NCBI RefSeq assembly: GCF_964204645.1
Contig: NC_134026.1
Coordinates: forward strand, 767,950-831,949
From: Tubulanus polymorphus
Lineage: Eukaryota; Animalia; Nemertea
DNA: 64,000 nt
Direction: 5' to 3'
Within the stretch, counting starts at the first letter, position 1. Each line of letters opens with the position of its first letter. The notes beneath the pieces were generated by a model. It was not told where the DNA came from. It saw only the letters and a program-made list of their open reading frames with translations, and did not search any database. Both the position numbers and the translations under genes were made by a program. Shown here in pieces: positions 1-14,700 of the stretch.

Positions 1-180
1 AGTAAAATTATCATTCAGCGCTGAGACCAAACATTGAATCATCTTAATTCTATAACCAATCCAGCAGCCAGTTTTATGATGTAAATGCAACTGGCCCAGT
101 TGTTTTAAAATGTTGCCCTAATTAAAACCGACATCAAGATAGATAAACTAGTAACTAAAGCAGCTTCCCCTATGATTTAC

Positions 181-1803
181 CTCCATTTGCCTGAATTTTG
201 TTCGATTTTGTATCTTTTTCACCGAGTTTAAACACAATTCCAGCTAATTTACATTGATGTTCAGTAATCCATTCGTATTCAAATATCTTTGTGAATCCTT
301 TTAAGTTATCCATCGTTTTTTATAACGCGAATATAAACATCAAAAATATGTAAACCACACAAAAAATGGCTGAATCGCAAACTAAGAATCGAACGATATA
401 TCGCCGTGTACAATCTGACCTCACATCCGAATTCAACAACTAGATTTGCATTTATTGCAGTATAATCCGTTAGCAACTGGCACACTCTTTAGTTTCACAT
501 TCAAACTGTATTCAAATCGTTAAAACAAATTTCAGATACACAGATTTTGAAACACTCATAACTCTCTGCATTAAGCATGCGAATGACTTACATAAATTTG
601 GGCCTTTTGATATAAAGTTTGCACGTTATGCTAGCCGAGTGTTGACCCGTGCTTATCTGAACCGAAGTTTAAAATCAGATGACCCATAGAAACAATAGGT
701 CATTTATTCATTCCGATTTTCTTCCTGTTTTTGACATTTTCCCCCATCACAACTGACTAATCCTGGATCAATTTATAATACAAAAACCAGGGAAGGTTTT
801 TTCCGGTAGATTCCAGTTCTTGGAAGTTGGATCATCGGTGTAAATGTAACTACAGGGAATCATTATTTAGGTCATAATCGACATCTAGAAAATCCAATGT
901 CAAGTGACCCTCGGTTGAAGTTCTAGGGTTTATCAACTTTTGTTGACTCTTTCAGGCCATCACTCGAGACAAATAAATTGATAAGAGGTCAAAATCTGGT
1001 AAAATTATTTCGCTATTGATGATATTAACTACGCAGGTTCAATATATAAACCTTCGTGCGCTATATATCCACACGTGAACCAGATTTTTAGGAAAGTTAT
1101 TGAAATTCATGGAATGGGGTGACAACGAGCAGCATTTAGAGAACAATGTGACCAGTTTTTGAATATTTCGGGTTCAAACTTCTGACTATAGATGTCATCA
1201 AGGTACAGAGTGAAACCTTAAATCATCATCGCTGGAACAATCATTATGCTGATGACTTATAGAAACTTATACTTTGAATTACACTAAATTACAGTAAATT
1301 TAATTGAAAATACACAATTTGGGATTCAAAACTAGTAATGTGAATCAAGTTCGATCGTACTGGTTTAACATTCAATACTAGTTCACTGCAGGAGTCAGAA
1401 ATCTACAAGCAGCAGCGGCAGCGGCAGCAGCAGCAGCAGCAGCTGTGGCTGTGGATGTTGTTGAATAAACACTATAATCCGTGTACACTGTAGATAAATG
1501 AAGAAATCCCACACTTCGAATTCAAAATTATAAGATAGAATCTATCATTTTGTAACCACAAGCTTTCGGCTGTTGACTGACAGCCATCATCAGGTGGAAT
1601 GGCCACCTGATGTCAACAGCCATCATCAGGTGTGGATCAGCAGCTGTGGAATTGAGTTGATAAACCAGAAACTTACCGCTATCATCATCTTGGTCATCGT
1701 TATATCGACTATTTTCTACACCGTGATAAGAACTGCATCTGATAAGTTTATTCACACCTGACCCAGTCGGTTGAATCGTCCTCACTAGCGGTTGTGATTC
1801 CAT
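181..1803 (-). CDS. 5' coding exons of an unidentified gene continuing off the left edge (exons 1803-1677 and 243-181)
   Basis: ATG at 1803 just after an acceptor (tttcacag). The ORF MESQPLVRTIQ...DDQDDDS ends at a strong donor (G|GTAAGT, phase 1). A 63-nt exon 243-181 (tag|...|gtaaat) continues in frame: AGIVFKLGEKDTKSNKIQANG. Confidence 0.6.
1408..1444. repeat. (GCA)n/(GCG) trinucleotide microsatellite, intronic
   Basis: agcagcagcggcagcggcagcagcagcagcagcagc read directly. Confidence 0.9.
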
Positions 1804-4003
1804 GTATCGAGCCTGTGAAATATTGCCGAGTCACTATATGAAAAAACCGGTCTCCACAAGATCAAACCCATGACATCTATTACTTAGTGTGTCAAGATAT
1901 ATGTCAATTTTTTGGTACAACCCCTAATCATGTGGTAATAAATCAATAACCCATAGCTTATTGTATTCAGAGATAAAACTCTCTAATGAATTGAAAATCT
2001 ATTTTATTGGTAATTAAATTAGTACACACAAGAAGTTCCACAGTGGAATTCCACTTGATGATGACTGTTAGTCAACAGCCAAAACATCGTGGCTTTGTTT
2101 TGATAAATTTTGTCATATTCTATATTTAACTTTTATTATCTTCTTAAATTCATCTACAATTTACGCAGTAGAGTTATTTGAATAGGGCTTAGTTAAGACT
2201 TTTCAGGCTCCATATTGCGGATGTTGGGCTTAACTCGTATGACACACTACAATCCCAACACACACTATTTATGAATTATAGTCAGACTAGGATTTGATCC
2301 TTACTATCTATGTCTATGACCGACAGACAGGACCTCACTTTTTGAACTGGGAATTAAGGGAAGTTAAAGGGTGAAGGTTGTACAAAACATAGCAGTAAAA
2401 GTCACAGAAGAGGATTGGATAAAATTTATGTTCTCTCACTTATCAGAGAAGTTCAATTTATCAAAATACAGGGCAGTAAGATAGCTGTCAAACTGGTAAG
2501 TGTCTGTGGTGAGAGGAGGTTATACAGACTACACGAACCCGGAAGTGAAAGTTTAAACCATTCTCTCAGTCGCTTTGAGAGCGAAACATACCTTCAGGAT
2601 ATGTTAAGATACTGGATGAATTAGTCATTAAACTCATCGATAAGTAATTTACCGTAATGTTTCCTCAAAACAACGGTTATACTCGGAATAATGCCTTGAA
2701 AACGTCAAATTTGGCGAGTGTCCATGTTGAGCTTTATCACATGACAGTCACGTGAACAAATTATAGAATTTAGAAACTAAATTATGAAACCATCTTAAGA
2801 AATATATTCATTTCATCACATTTCTAGTTATTTGACACAATTTAGTGGCACGTTGTTATTGGTAATATGGTTAGATTTTATACAAAGTTAATTGAAATGT
2901 GTCAGAATTAATTCTGACTCCCCTTTTAATTTAGATCGATTTCGACGTTTCGTGTCACTAGTTATTGTTCTTATTTCTGACAGAACGTAAACAATAGAAA
3001 ATTCAATCATATGTTTTTTTGTTTAGCAAAATAAGCGTCTTATTGCGTGGTTAATTTACGGATGATGAAATCGACGAAGTGTTTAGTTTACTCAGCTCGT
3101 ATACGTGTATTTGTATAGTCAAAAGGTATTGCAAAATTTCAAGATTATTTCCGTCAAAATCACTTCGAATAACGATAGGTAGCGAAATAATTATCATAAA
3201 ACATTACAGAACTGTGATCAGCCATTTTAAAATGATAATTTGGCAATTCAGTCAGAAATGTTCGAAAAATGTATCTCTTGCTTATATTATGAGGGTAATC
3301 AGTGATTATGATTAACAGTGGGGTCTGATCGGTCAGGGAAGGGGAGTTTGTCATGACGGATTCAGGTCTCTGCTCGACATGACAAAGGTCTATTTGAAGT
3401 ATTTCGCTACTGAGTTGTTGTGTAACTGATTTGTCTATGGTTATAAATGTAGATAGGCCTATTATTTAGTTCCTGGAAGATGTGATAGAATTGTTGTTGA
3501 TTATTGGATATATGATTCCCATCAGCTATGGGATAGGCCTACGACGAGTTGCACTTTGAAAAAAGGCTCTGGTCCCTGGACCCTGAATGGGCTTATCAGG
3601 TCTGGGGCTCTCCCTGTAGAAATTTTCAAGAGAATTTGATTTGTAAACGGTGCTGTGTTGGTGATAGACTTAAAAAGCTTTTAGAATCAGATAGCCTTGT
3701 CATACCAACCTTAACTGTGGTTTGTGAAAATATCCTACCATGAAACTAAACCACAGACAGTTTACTGACTTCGTAAATCCAACCTTTTAGAACTGCATCG
3801 ATCTGTCTCTTTTCACCTCTGTTCTAAACTTGGCTATATTAGAATATTAATGGAATGGAATGATTTCTATGTATTGTGATGTTTCAGGAAGTTCAGTATC
3901 TTTTGAATCCTTGTTAATTTCAATGTATCTACATGCAGGTATACATCAATTATGAGTGACTGATTTTGACGTATAGAACTGCGTGAATCACAACAGTGAA
4001 ATA

Positions 4004-7000
4004 ATGGAGGTTGTTGGTGATTATGAATACAGCAAAAAGGACCTTATTGGTCACGGGGCGTTTGCTGTAGTTTTCCGCGGCCGCCTCAGGAAGGTAAATT
4101 AATAGATATTCTCTGATTCTCCTTAATCACTAAGCCATCAATTGAATAATGCTAACTGTAAATACAGATTGATTGTATTCATTTTACTGTTTTACAGAAA
4201 CCTGAGGTCACTGTTGCCATTAAGAGTATAACAAAGAAGAACTTGGCAAAGTCTCAAAATCTGTTGAGTAAAGAAATCAAAATATTGAAGGTTAGTAAAC
4301 TTAAATGTGTATTAGTGACCTCACACACAGTGCACTTAGTAGAATTGTGTCCAAATAGAACTCCAAGATGTCTCGTGGCTCACTACTGCTGGATTGGTCT
4401 CATATTTTAGATTGCTCTATGAGTCATGTGTTTGTATTGTCATTAATGCTATTGTATAAATTGTAGTATTGATTATAGAATTATTGTGTTTATAGGAATT
4501 ATCAGATCTACAACATGATAATGTGGTCGCACTTTTGGATTGTAAGGTGATTATCATTTCGGAGAATGCAACTCAAATTTGCTTATAACTGAATTCTATA
4601 AATTCCCTTTTGATATTTTCAGGAGACAACTCATCATGTTTACCTAGTGATGGAGGTAGGTCTTGGATTCAATAGACAAGTCACTGAGGAAAAAACCTTT
4701 TATTCAGGAGAAAAACTAAGATTGAAGTCGTTTCTTAGTTTTTCTACACAATTGTGGGTTTTTTCATCAATTGAGTTTGATATTGTTTCATTTGAATATT
4801 CGACGGCTTAATTATGTTGATTGTTGATATCGATTTATATGAAATTGATACCTGTTTTCAGTATTGTAATGGTGGTGATTTAGCTGATTATCTTCACAGT
4901 AAGTATAAAACATTGACCGCACACAATTAAAATATGTCTGCAGACTTAATAGCTAGGCTACATGTTTGATTAATTTTCAGCTAAGGGCACTCTGAGTGAA
5001 GATACTATCGCTTTGTTCTTGCGTCAAATAGGTAAAAATTAACAGCTTTCCGATTGAGGTTTGATTTTGGAATCAGTTTTTTGGAATATAATGTCTATGT
5101 CTCTTTTAAAGCTGGTGCTATGAAAGCATTAAACGCTAAAGGAATCGTTCATCGAGATTTAAAGCCGCAGAATCTTCTTCTAGATTCGGTCAAACCAAAC
5201 CCGATACCAACTGACATCAAACTCAAAATCGGTAAGTTGAATCAGAATGAGCTCGATTTGATTGTTATAATCAATCTCCATTAGGAATTTAATTATTTAT
5301 ATTCATGAATTTATGGATTTCAGCTGATTTTGGTTTTGCTCGGTTTCTCAGTGATGGTGTGATGGCTGCTACACTTTGTGGATCTCCTATGTACATGGTA
5401 ACTATTATTGAACTATACTTCTGATATCTATGGGGAATGATATCTATGTAGTTAAGAAGCCTACATCAAAACTAGTCCTACTTCTATATGTATCCATGTA
5501 AATCATTGCTTGTTATATCCCTAAATAACCAGAAGAAATATGAATTTGTTTTCAGGCTCCTGAAGTTATCATGTCTTTACAATACGACGCTAAAGCTGAT
5601 TTGTGGAGTATCGGTACAATAGTGTTTCAATGTTTAACCGGAAAAGCACCGTTTCAAGCCCAAACTCCGCAACAGTTAAAGCAATTTTATGAAAAACACG
5701 CCCATCTTGCACCGAAGTAAGTCAACAAAGATGATAAGATATTTATTTCATGCGTTAAGTGCAAATATTTTATCTTCAAGTGTTTTCTACTCTTATCTCT
5801 CTTATTTACAATATGGCTATCATTTTACAGTATCCCGAGTGGAACTTCCCCGGAACTTAGAGACCTACTTCTGCAGATGTTGAAAAGAAATGCAAAAGAC
5901 AGAATTGAATTTGGTAAGCATTTAAAAAGCGGCTTTAATTGTTAAGAATGAAATGGAGACAATGTTCAAAATATGATCTGCAAAGTTTAATCTTTCACCA
6001 ATTTCATTTGCAGACGATTTTTTCCGTCATCCATTCTTGACTCAGGGAACTAAATCTGAAACTGGCTGTAAGTAAAATAATCTTTGAAAATGAATTGATA
6101 GTGATAATGAGCTGATATATGATAATGTATTTGATAACTCTGTAGATGCAGTCCCCGTACCGCGAAATCGAAGAACTAGTTCAAGTTCCGGGACGTCGGA
6201 ATCTCCAAGTGTTAATACAGTCAGTGCGTCTCCGCTGTCTGGTAATATGATCTGTACACCACCGGTAAGTCAATCCTTTACAATAAACCAGGATCCGGTT
6301 CTAGGTTGAAATTTGTGAATGATGCAAGGGTTAATTAACACTGGAAATAACTACGTATCGTAATTGTAGCTCAAACTTTACTGAAAACTCTTCTCGACTT
6401 CTCAGAAATATTGTCTGCTTTATTTGCTGTTTGATTTGTTACAGCAGGAGCCGAGACGTTATCGAGAATCGCCACAAGAGCCCGGATTCTTTAAAGTCGG
6501 TAAAGAGGAAATGGAAGAAACGATAACACCGAGAAGTTTATCTGAGGTAAATCTTGTCGCTCCTAAATCTGACCTAGCCCGATGATCTTCAACCGTTTTG
6601 TAATTTGTGATCATTTGTTTCAGGATTATGTCATGGTTCCTGAAAATCTGCCTGAATCCCAAGGTAAATGAAGCTTGAATAATTAAATGCAGTAGACTCC
6701 ACTTACCCAGGAGTCGATTGCCTCGTGATGTATCATAAATTTTCTAATTCCTCGTGATAATGACCCATTCCTGCTCTGCCCGCCCTAGAATTCCTGTACC
6801 TCTGAGATAATCTATTTATCTCGTGGGATCAATATCAAGTAGGGTCTGGTGTATATATAAGGTAGACATGTTAAAAATCCATAGTGAAAATTTTGATTTC
6901 AGGTTATGTGTCAGGGTCGGTGAGAGCTAGAGGAAGTCTAGATTTAAACGGTCGAATAAAAAGACGCGGAGGAGAATATTTGAACGAAGCCCAGACGAGT

Positions 7001-10000
7001 CCGAATAGACCCTCGACGCTGAATGTCAGTCCGTCGTCCTCACCTTCATCGCAACCGATTCCCGTTCCTTCACAAGTCAATCGTAATTCACCTGCGGCTC
7101 AAAGCCCAGCTTCGGTAAGTAGCAAAAACTTAGGAAATAATAATTAAGAGAATTAAGCGTAAGGTCCAAGAACAAATTAATATTGGAAACCTAGATTTGA
7201 ATTGTAGCTTTACGTGTTTCAATGATTTTGTAGGTGGAGAAATCTCAAGGCGTTCCTATCCCGATGAAAAGGACAACATCAGCTTGTAATGTTTTGGATA
7301 TCGGGTCGTTGTCCCCACCTGCAGGTAAACAGAAATAATCAGTCATTTGCTGTGATAATCGAATCCTTGTTTCATTCTTAATCTTAAATATCTCTGTTTA
7401 TTATAGTTCAATTTACGATTGGAACGCCCCCTAGTAATAATATGTGGAGGAGGAATAGTATGAGTGGTGGAACTCCGCCGCTGCCTCGTCATCCACCCCC
7501 GGTCTCCGGTTCATCACCTCATAGACGTTTCTCCGGTAAGCTCTCGTCACATTCACTCCGGTTTTCGGTTCCTGTTTGCTTTATTCAACTTTACTCTATT
7601 CATATTTGTTGCTGCAATATATTATTCTGTTCGTGCAATAATTAATTGAACCGGTGGCTTTTTTACGCTTGGAAGCTTTTCAGAATTATATCTTTATATC
7701 AAAATTACAAATTGATATGTATTAACTAATTACCCTCAACCTGTTGCGGTAAAAAGTAATTGAATCATCACATGAATGGATTAATATATAGATTGATTAG
7801 AACATTGAAGGAATCTATGTATAAACACTTTTCAGAATCGTATTCTAATATCAAAATTACAAATTGATATGTATTTACTAATTACCCTCAACCTGTTAAG
7901 GTAAAAAAAAGTTGAATCATCACATGAATGAAATGGATCAATTTATAGATTGATTAGAACATTCCTTATTGAAGCAATCTATAGATAAACACTTAGGTTT
8001 TCTGTATGATTTATGACGAGTCTTTAAGAATTAAGATGACTCAAAAATATTATGATTGTTATTTTTGTTCACTGATGACAGAAAAAGGGGCAACATGTAC
8101 GTATAACACTGTCATCCGTAGAGATGAAACATGTACATGAAAAAACGTGATGATGTTATCTTGTAAAAATGGGCTATGCATGTAAAACGTGCCTCCATGT
8201 TTGATGCATGATTGGGCTATGTAAATAAGAAAGAGAAAAGAGATTTCTAGTCGTAATCATGTGAAATCATCTTAGAAAGGGATTAATTAATTAGACATTA
8301 TTCCTGATGCTTATTGAAATGAATCGTCAGTACAGCTATGTGTGTAGTATCCATGTTTCAGCTTGTTGCAGAAGGGTCTCGGTGTTGTATTAATTCTGTC
8401 AGCTCAAGTTAATTCAAGATTAGCTCAATCTACTGGAGTCTCTTTAAGAAATGAGCAATCTGTCATAGTTGATTTGAGCTCTCAGTATTCTGAAGCAGCA
8501 CTTGTGTTCACTTTTCAGTACTTACCTGATGATAGCTGTCTTTACCAAACTAACGTTGTAATTACGATGACTGAATATATCAAAATCTAGAAGGACCACA
8601 TCCTACAATTTGTGTGTTCACCACGCAATAGCGTCTATACCAAATTATCATAGCTATTTCAACTATGGGGAAATGTGGTCCATTGACTCATGTATGGTCC
8701 GCAAGGTTCTTAGGAATCTTTTCCTCATCTTGGTGACGACTGAAATTTTGTATTTTTCGTTCTTACCTAACACACTGGCCTACTGCTGTTTTATCGATAT
8801 TTCAAAGATTTCAGTTCTCACTGGGATCCTAGGTTAAAGATACTTTGATAATGAAGCCCGTCACTAATATTCGTTGTCATCTATATACATGTATATATCT
8901 TTCTTATCTCTATCCGTTTTCAAATGGCTGCAGGTAATAACTCGTCACATGTAATAAGCCCGTGCTCACCGCATTCATCGTCTTACGGAAATATGAACCT
9001 GGGGATGACTAGACGCACGACAACTTGTCCGGATATGGGCATGTTGAAAGAAGAAGGTGTGTGAAAAAAATATAGAGTTGGTCACGTATCCAGTAGTTAT
9101 ATCATCTTCCAGACGGGTTTCAGAATTTAGAATATTTGAATATTGATTTTAGTTGATTGTATTCTTTTCATAATTCTATCAATAATTCACATTTCTTTCC
9201 CCAATTTTCCGTACTATAAATTGCTGCCCTTTCGAATACACCCACTTTCTCTATTTGGAATATAATCAAGTAGCCCGAATGTATTGAGTGTTAGCGAATG
9301 TTAGCTTCATACTTAGCTTCAGCTGCTTTGCATGTTTAAATGGCTTCAGTTTTATCTGCTTTAGTTTTACACGCATTTCAATGAATTGCGTGATGATGCT
9401 GATGCGTCTGCTTTATTTGTATCAATTCCGGATTCTTCGATGGAAATGAATGAATTATTCGTGGCTTTGAGAATGAACCGAGTTGTTAATGTGCTCTCCG
9501 AATTATTATTGTTTTTATCAGTTTGCGAAGCTTACCCAGCTACTACGGGTAGAAAGAGGTCATTAACTGAACCACAACTCGCTCCTACCGAGGAGTTCCC
9601 AACAGATAAAGACTACTTAATGAGAGTAGCGTTCGGACTCGGCCCCAGACAACAACAAGGTAATGTGTTCACTCCCTATACCAGCCTACTCGGGTATAGT
9701 CCCAGAAAGCTTATGCATTTGCTTTTGAGTGGGTGTTTCGATTTATGATATTTTTATTTTCAAAAAGTAAGTTCTCAATTTCTGTAGTTAACGGAACAGA
9801 TTTGATGATGAATCAATGTATTATTCATGTTTTCAGGTTCTCAATCACCGTCTAATTATCACATGGTTCCGTATCATTCTGTTTATACGAGTCAGAGAGG
9901 TCCCCGTGTTCGTCGTCGGAGTATCAGTTCTTTAGATCCATCCCCTCCGTATCAATCTCCTCCGAACATGGAGCCACCCCCGATGTTTGTAGCTCCAGAG

Positions 10001-11787
10001 CTCGCGGAGGAAACACTTATGGATGTAAGTAGTAAATAAAGAAATTAACATCCAGCGTAGGGCATACCACTGTTTAAGCAAAAGTGTTATTTCTTTGTCT
10101 TTGTAGAAAGAGCACAATGAAACAGTGTCCAAGTTAAACTTTGTTTTGGCTCTCGTTGAATGCATAGTTGAGTTAGCCCAATCACGAAGCAGTCCTATAA
10201 CAGTTGACGACTTAACAAACACAAAGGTAAACAATTCATATGTTGTTTTACTGGTAACAACAATTTTTATGTTATAATCACTTATGCAATGTTTTGCTAC
10301 TTTTTCAGAAGCAAAGCGCATTTACATTGGACCATATATCATTCATAAGTGAAGGACAAAGGTATGTGAAAAACTGGTTATTTATGATCAGCTGTTTTTA
10401 AGATGTCAGTCAAATGACTATTCACTCATTGTTTACAGGCGTGTTGAACAGATGGTGCTATATTTCCGAGCTCTACAAATGTTGACATCATCTTTGAACT
10501 TGGCGCGAAATGAAATCACAAATAGCCGACTTCAACCTTCAACCGCTGTCAAAACAAGTAAGTAATTAGTAATGAATAGCGATCCTTAGATATAGTCACA
10601 GTATATGATAGTCCTGGACCAGTGATGTACCGGTATGTTATCTTCAAATGACCAGGGTCCATTTTCATAGACTTTCCTACGGTTCGATCCTTAAACTGGG
10701 TAAACAGCTACCATAGTTACAATGAGAAACCATGGTAGTAACTGACCAATTTCAAAATGTTTGCAGAGATTATTTTGCCGATGACTAAAAGTTTTAGTAA
10801 TGTTTAAATTGTATCTTATTTTATAGCGTTGAAGGAATTGAATAATTATTATCGTCACTGTCTGACAATCTGTAAACAGTTGTACGCTAAAGAATCTCCG
10901 CTTCAGCTAACTGGTGTTAATGTTCAATCTAGCATCACAGCTGAAAAACTCATCTACGGATATGCGATAAAGATGGTCAGTTTCAATTCATTCACTCTAT
11001 TTTACACATCAACAGATTGCTATATTTACGAGCATTGAACAAACAACTTACAATTATGAAGTACAACTAATACAGGATTGATGTTTTAACTCATGCTAGG
11101 AGCCATTTTTAAAGTTGTTTCGACAATGGCTCATAGCCTTTGAGTTGAAATGAGAAAATCCTCAATTAGTTAAACTTCGTAATTATAGGTATTTTCTTCA
11201 ATTGAATTTGACAGTCGCTTGTCTGTGGAAACCTATAACATTTATGCCTTGCATATATTTCTGATTTTAGTGTCAAACTGCTGCTTTGGATGAAATATTC
11301 GGAAATCCTCAAGAGGTAAATTATCACAAGGCTTTATTAGTTCTACCATAGTTTTCGACAAAGAAAATTTACTATAAAAATACGGATTCAATAATACTGA
11401 CTTGTGTCATTATTTGTTTTTCTAGTGTTTCAAGAAATATCGAAATGCTCAGATTCTTCTACACAGTTTGGCGCAGCAAGCAAATCATTCACACGATCGA
11501 CAACTCCTTGAAAAGTGTAAGTTCTCTTTATCTACGGTATCAACCTGTTCTCTTTATATCTTCCGCATCACTGGAGAATTACTCAAAATACTGGTAACCA
11601 CTCAAAATGCCATAATCCCTGACAACCATAGTCATAAATATCATGAATTATATTATTATAGGCCCTATTATAAAGTTTTTTGGTTCATTAAGAATTTTGT
11701 TCATTTTCAGATAAAGAATCAGTTGAAAGACGTCTTTATAATCTACAAGGTCAATCTAGCTATTTGCACGCGCATGGCACATCTTGA
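4004..11787 (+). CDS. ULK1/2: Serine/threonine kinase ULK1/ULK2 (Atg1/unc-51), multi-exon
   Basis: Spliced translation gives [27 protein letters not shown] (4004-4093), [63 protein letters not shown] Ser/Pro-rich middle region includes the LIR-like EDYVMVP. The C-terminal domain includes PELAEETLM and [24 protein letters not shown]. Last exon 11711-11787 ends TGA. Confidence 0.96.
7677..7992. repeat. Tandem duplication of ~150-165 bp within a ULK intron
   Basis: The unit ttttcagaat...atcaaaattacaaattgatatgtatt..ctaattaccctcaacctgtt...gattgattagaacatt...taaacac occurs at 7677-7827 and 7828-7992. Confidence 0.9.
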
Positions 11788-14700
11788 CAGCTGATTACTG
11801 TAGTGTAATGAGCAAAAACATACAACAGGAGGTGTTGTACTGCCATGAGCGCTGTGCAGTAGTTTAGTTTCAGTACTGCCCCGTGTAATGTCTCTTAGAT
11901 AAAACTTTATGTAAGTTTAGGCTATATTAGTGCATGTACCGAACAATCAAACAGAATTTCTTGAAATTGTAAAGAACTCAAGAATCAAGTTAAGTTAGAG
12001 TAAGATGTATTAGTCTCGCAGTACATCGGTCTATAGCATACCGGTACGTACATCAGATATTACTTGTAAATAACCTATCAATTAACTCAAATAAAGTGAA
12101 CTTAAAAGATAACTATAAAAGTAAGAAAAGACATAATTTGATAAATAAGGACTCACTGTTCTACTGTTTTAGATAATTTGTGATGCGTAGAACTAAAATA
12201 CTTAATCATGATGTGTCTGTGCATGAATATCCAGTATACCCGAACGTTACATACACTTGTATCGTATACATTTAGGTTTGTAAATAAAGATTTGTTTATC
12301 TGCGCTAAATTATTTCTAAAGTCTATATAGAAATTGTTGATCAATAATTTAAATGAAATGTAATCCACAAATTTTACTAGTAATTTATATTCAATATCAT
12401 TCATTAACGGTCATTTTCATCGATTTACCCAAAGAAGAGGCAACATCGTTTTGTAAATATTTTTAGGATATAATCGTCGTCAGTTTATGAGCAAATAATT
12501 TTCTATTTTAAAAGGTTTTTTTGAGCTGTAAATCTTCATCGCTTCGAGTTAAGTAAACATTGATGAACAACTGAAAAATATCGGTTGTTTGTGATATTTC
12601 CTTATTTATTTATAAAATTCTATGATAAAAAAGTGGAATTTCTAAGGTAACAAATGGAGAAAAAATAGTTTTGACTGTTTGTACATAATCTATCATACAA
12701 AAACAACTACTAGTTAGTGAAATTTGTACATTTTAATATCATCTATTGTATCATAAATTTAACTTCAGTATTTCTGTAAATACACTCGAAGGTTTTTCAT
12801 ACGCTTCGTAGATGCATTTGTTTCACAGTTAACACTTAATATCTTAAAGCCTTTACTCCGCAACGCGTGATGTAACATATAATAATACATTCATTGTATA
12901 TTTTCAAAGATTATTATCAAAAAAAATATTTAGGTGTAAAAGGGATTGGAAAGTATGTATTTGTGTTCATAGATCTACTATATGCCGTATTTACAGAATT
13001 TTATGTTGTTGATGATGTTTTCCCGATGGCTTAGTTTAGTTCGCACAATGTGTAAATTCCATATACTTTTTAACTGATTTGTATTTCCTGTAAGTATAAA
13101 AAGTGTTTTTATTGTGTTTAATCGATTTTCTTTGTTCTTTAACATTTACTCATAATACCAGTAAATATCCAAGGATGCTATGTACTGCACATTGGAGTTT
13201 GTGTCATGAAAATCTTATGAGAACTTTCAGATAATTATCTATATATCTGATATATCAACATTAACATTAATTTCAGAGATATTGTATGTCTAAAGATTCT
13301 AAAAGTCAACAGAATCTTGTATAGAACTAACTGTACTTTAGATTGTGATACCGGTAGGTGAGAAGTGGCATGATAACTAAATTTGGTGCTGTTTCACTTT
13401 GTGTTCTCTAGTCTCTGTCAAGCCTGTGCAGACGCTTGTACAGAATATTACAATATAAAGAAAATAAATTGAAAATCATTTGTGTGTGAAGTGAGTAACA
13501 GATTGTAACTGTGAATAGTGGCGCGTTATTAGGAAACTATGACACATAGCTGTGCGTTTGTAGTGAATAACAGAATGTTTGTTTGAAGTGTAAAAAACCA
13601 ATGAACTCTTAGAACGAGTCGATGGTAAAATGGTAAAGCTAATAGTTTTTGAGGTATCAATAATGAGCTGACAGTCCTGGCAGGTTACAGTGAGGTGCAG
13701 CATTTTATCAACCTCTAGATATAAGGAGTTGAATTGTGTTCAATGTGAATTGACTCATTCTTCTCCATTATACTGAATGTGTGCATAACATTGTTATAGA
13801 CTGGTTCCACCCTAAATTTAGTATATATTACTATGAAATGATAGGAACCAGTCCAAGTTGTTTAGTGTAAGGTTTGAGTGTGTAAGTTTAAGGGTACAGC
13901 CGAATACTGTACATGTCTACATAAAATAAAATGTCATCATAGAAAACTTTGCGTTGTTGTTGTGGTTAGTTATCTCTCTGGGTTGATTTTGAATCTGCAT
14001 TGGTTACGGGACTATTTCCATATCCTATTTTTCCTCAGCCTTACGACCAGAAACCACGAATACAACAAAATAAATCTGACAAAAACAGAATAATATAACT
14101 ATCTTATATAAAATTTATTCATGATTCTGTTAATATTTCAACAAATAGTTTCTAACTGTTTTTCAGCAAATGTGATTTTCAATCATCCGAAATACCAAAG
14201 TGTATTTGTGAATAAATCTGGCAAGCATTTATCAATAAACCTTAAATCATTGGATAAAACTAAATCATATATGTCACTCAATTAAATATTGATTAAGCTC
14301 ATGTACAGCAAATGGAAACTTTAACTCTAAGTGTATATGGCACATGGCACAGTTCATCTACGAGGAAGGGCGGTTTCACGATAAAAACTCATATATTGGC
14401 ACTTTTATCTATTTGGCAATGCAAACGTATTACACATACCAGTGCATTTTATATTTCATAAAACAGATTTATCAATATACTGAACTAATTGGTTGATGCA
14501 CAAAATGTTTTACCAAAAATACATGAAGATGAACTCTTCACTGCGTATTATTGGTTATACATGTACTAGGATTGTAAAACATACTCAAATCACTTGGATA
14601 ATTGGACAAATATTTCATTCCAAAGATGACTTGGTCTATTAAGTCTATTGTAATAGTTTGAGTTTAAGTCAACTTTTGATATAGAAACAATTATGCGATT

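Noticed and set aside
1249-1266. Minimal hammerhead CTGATGA-CTTATA-GAAAC
   Set aside because: Stem II cannot close (C-A) and no flanking stems were found.
1573-1761. + strand 62-aa ORF with duplicated SHHQV
   Set aside because: TTG start, antisense to a better-supported exon, and the repeat is a 17-bp intronic duplication.
11785-11808. Stop-codon readthrough of ULK (TGA-CAG)
   Set aside because: Not the TGA-CTAG context; the extension would be only QLITVV and nothing else supports it.
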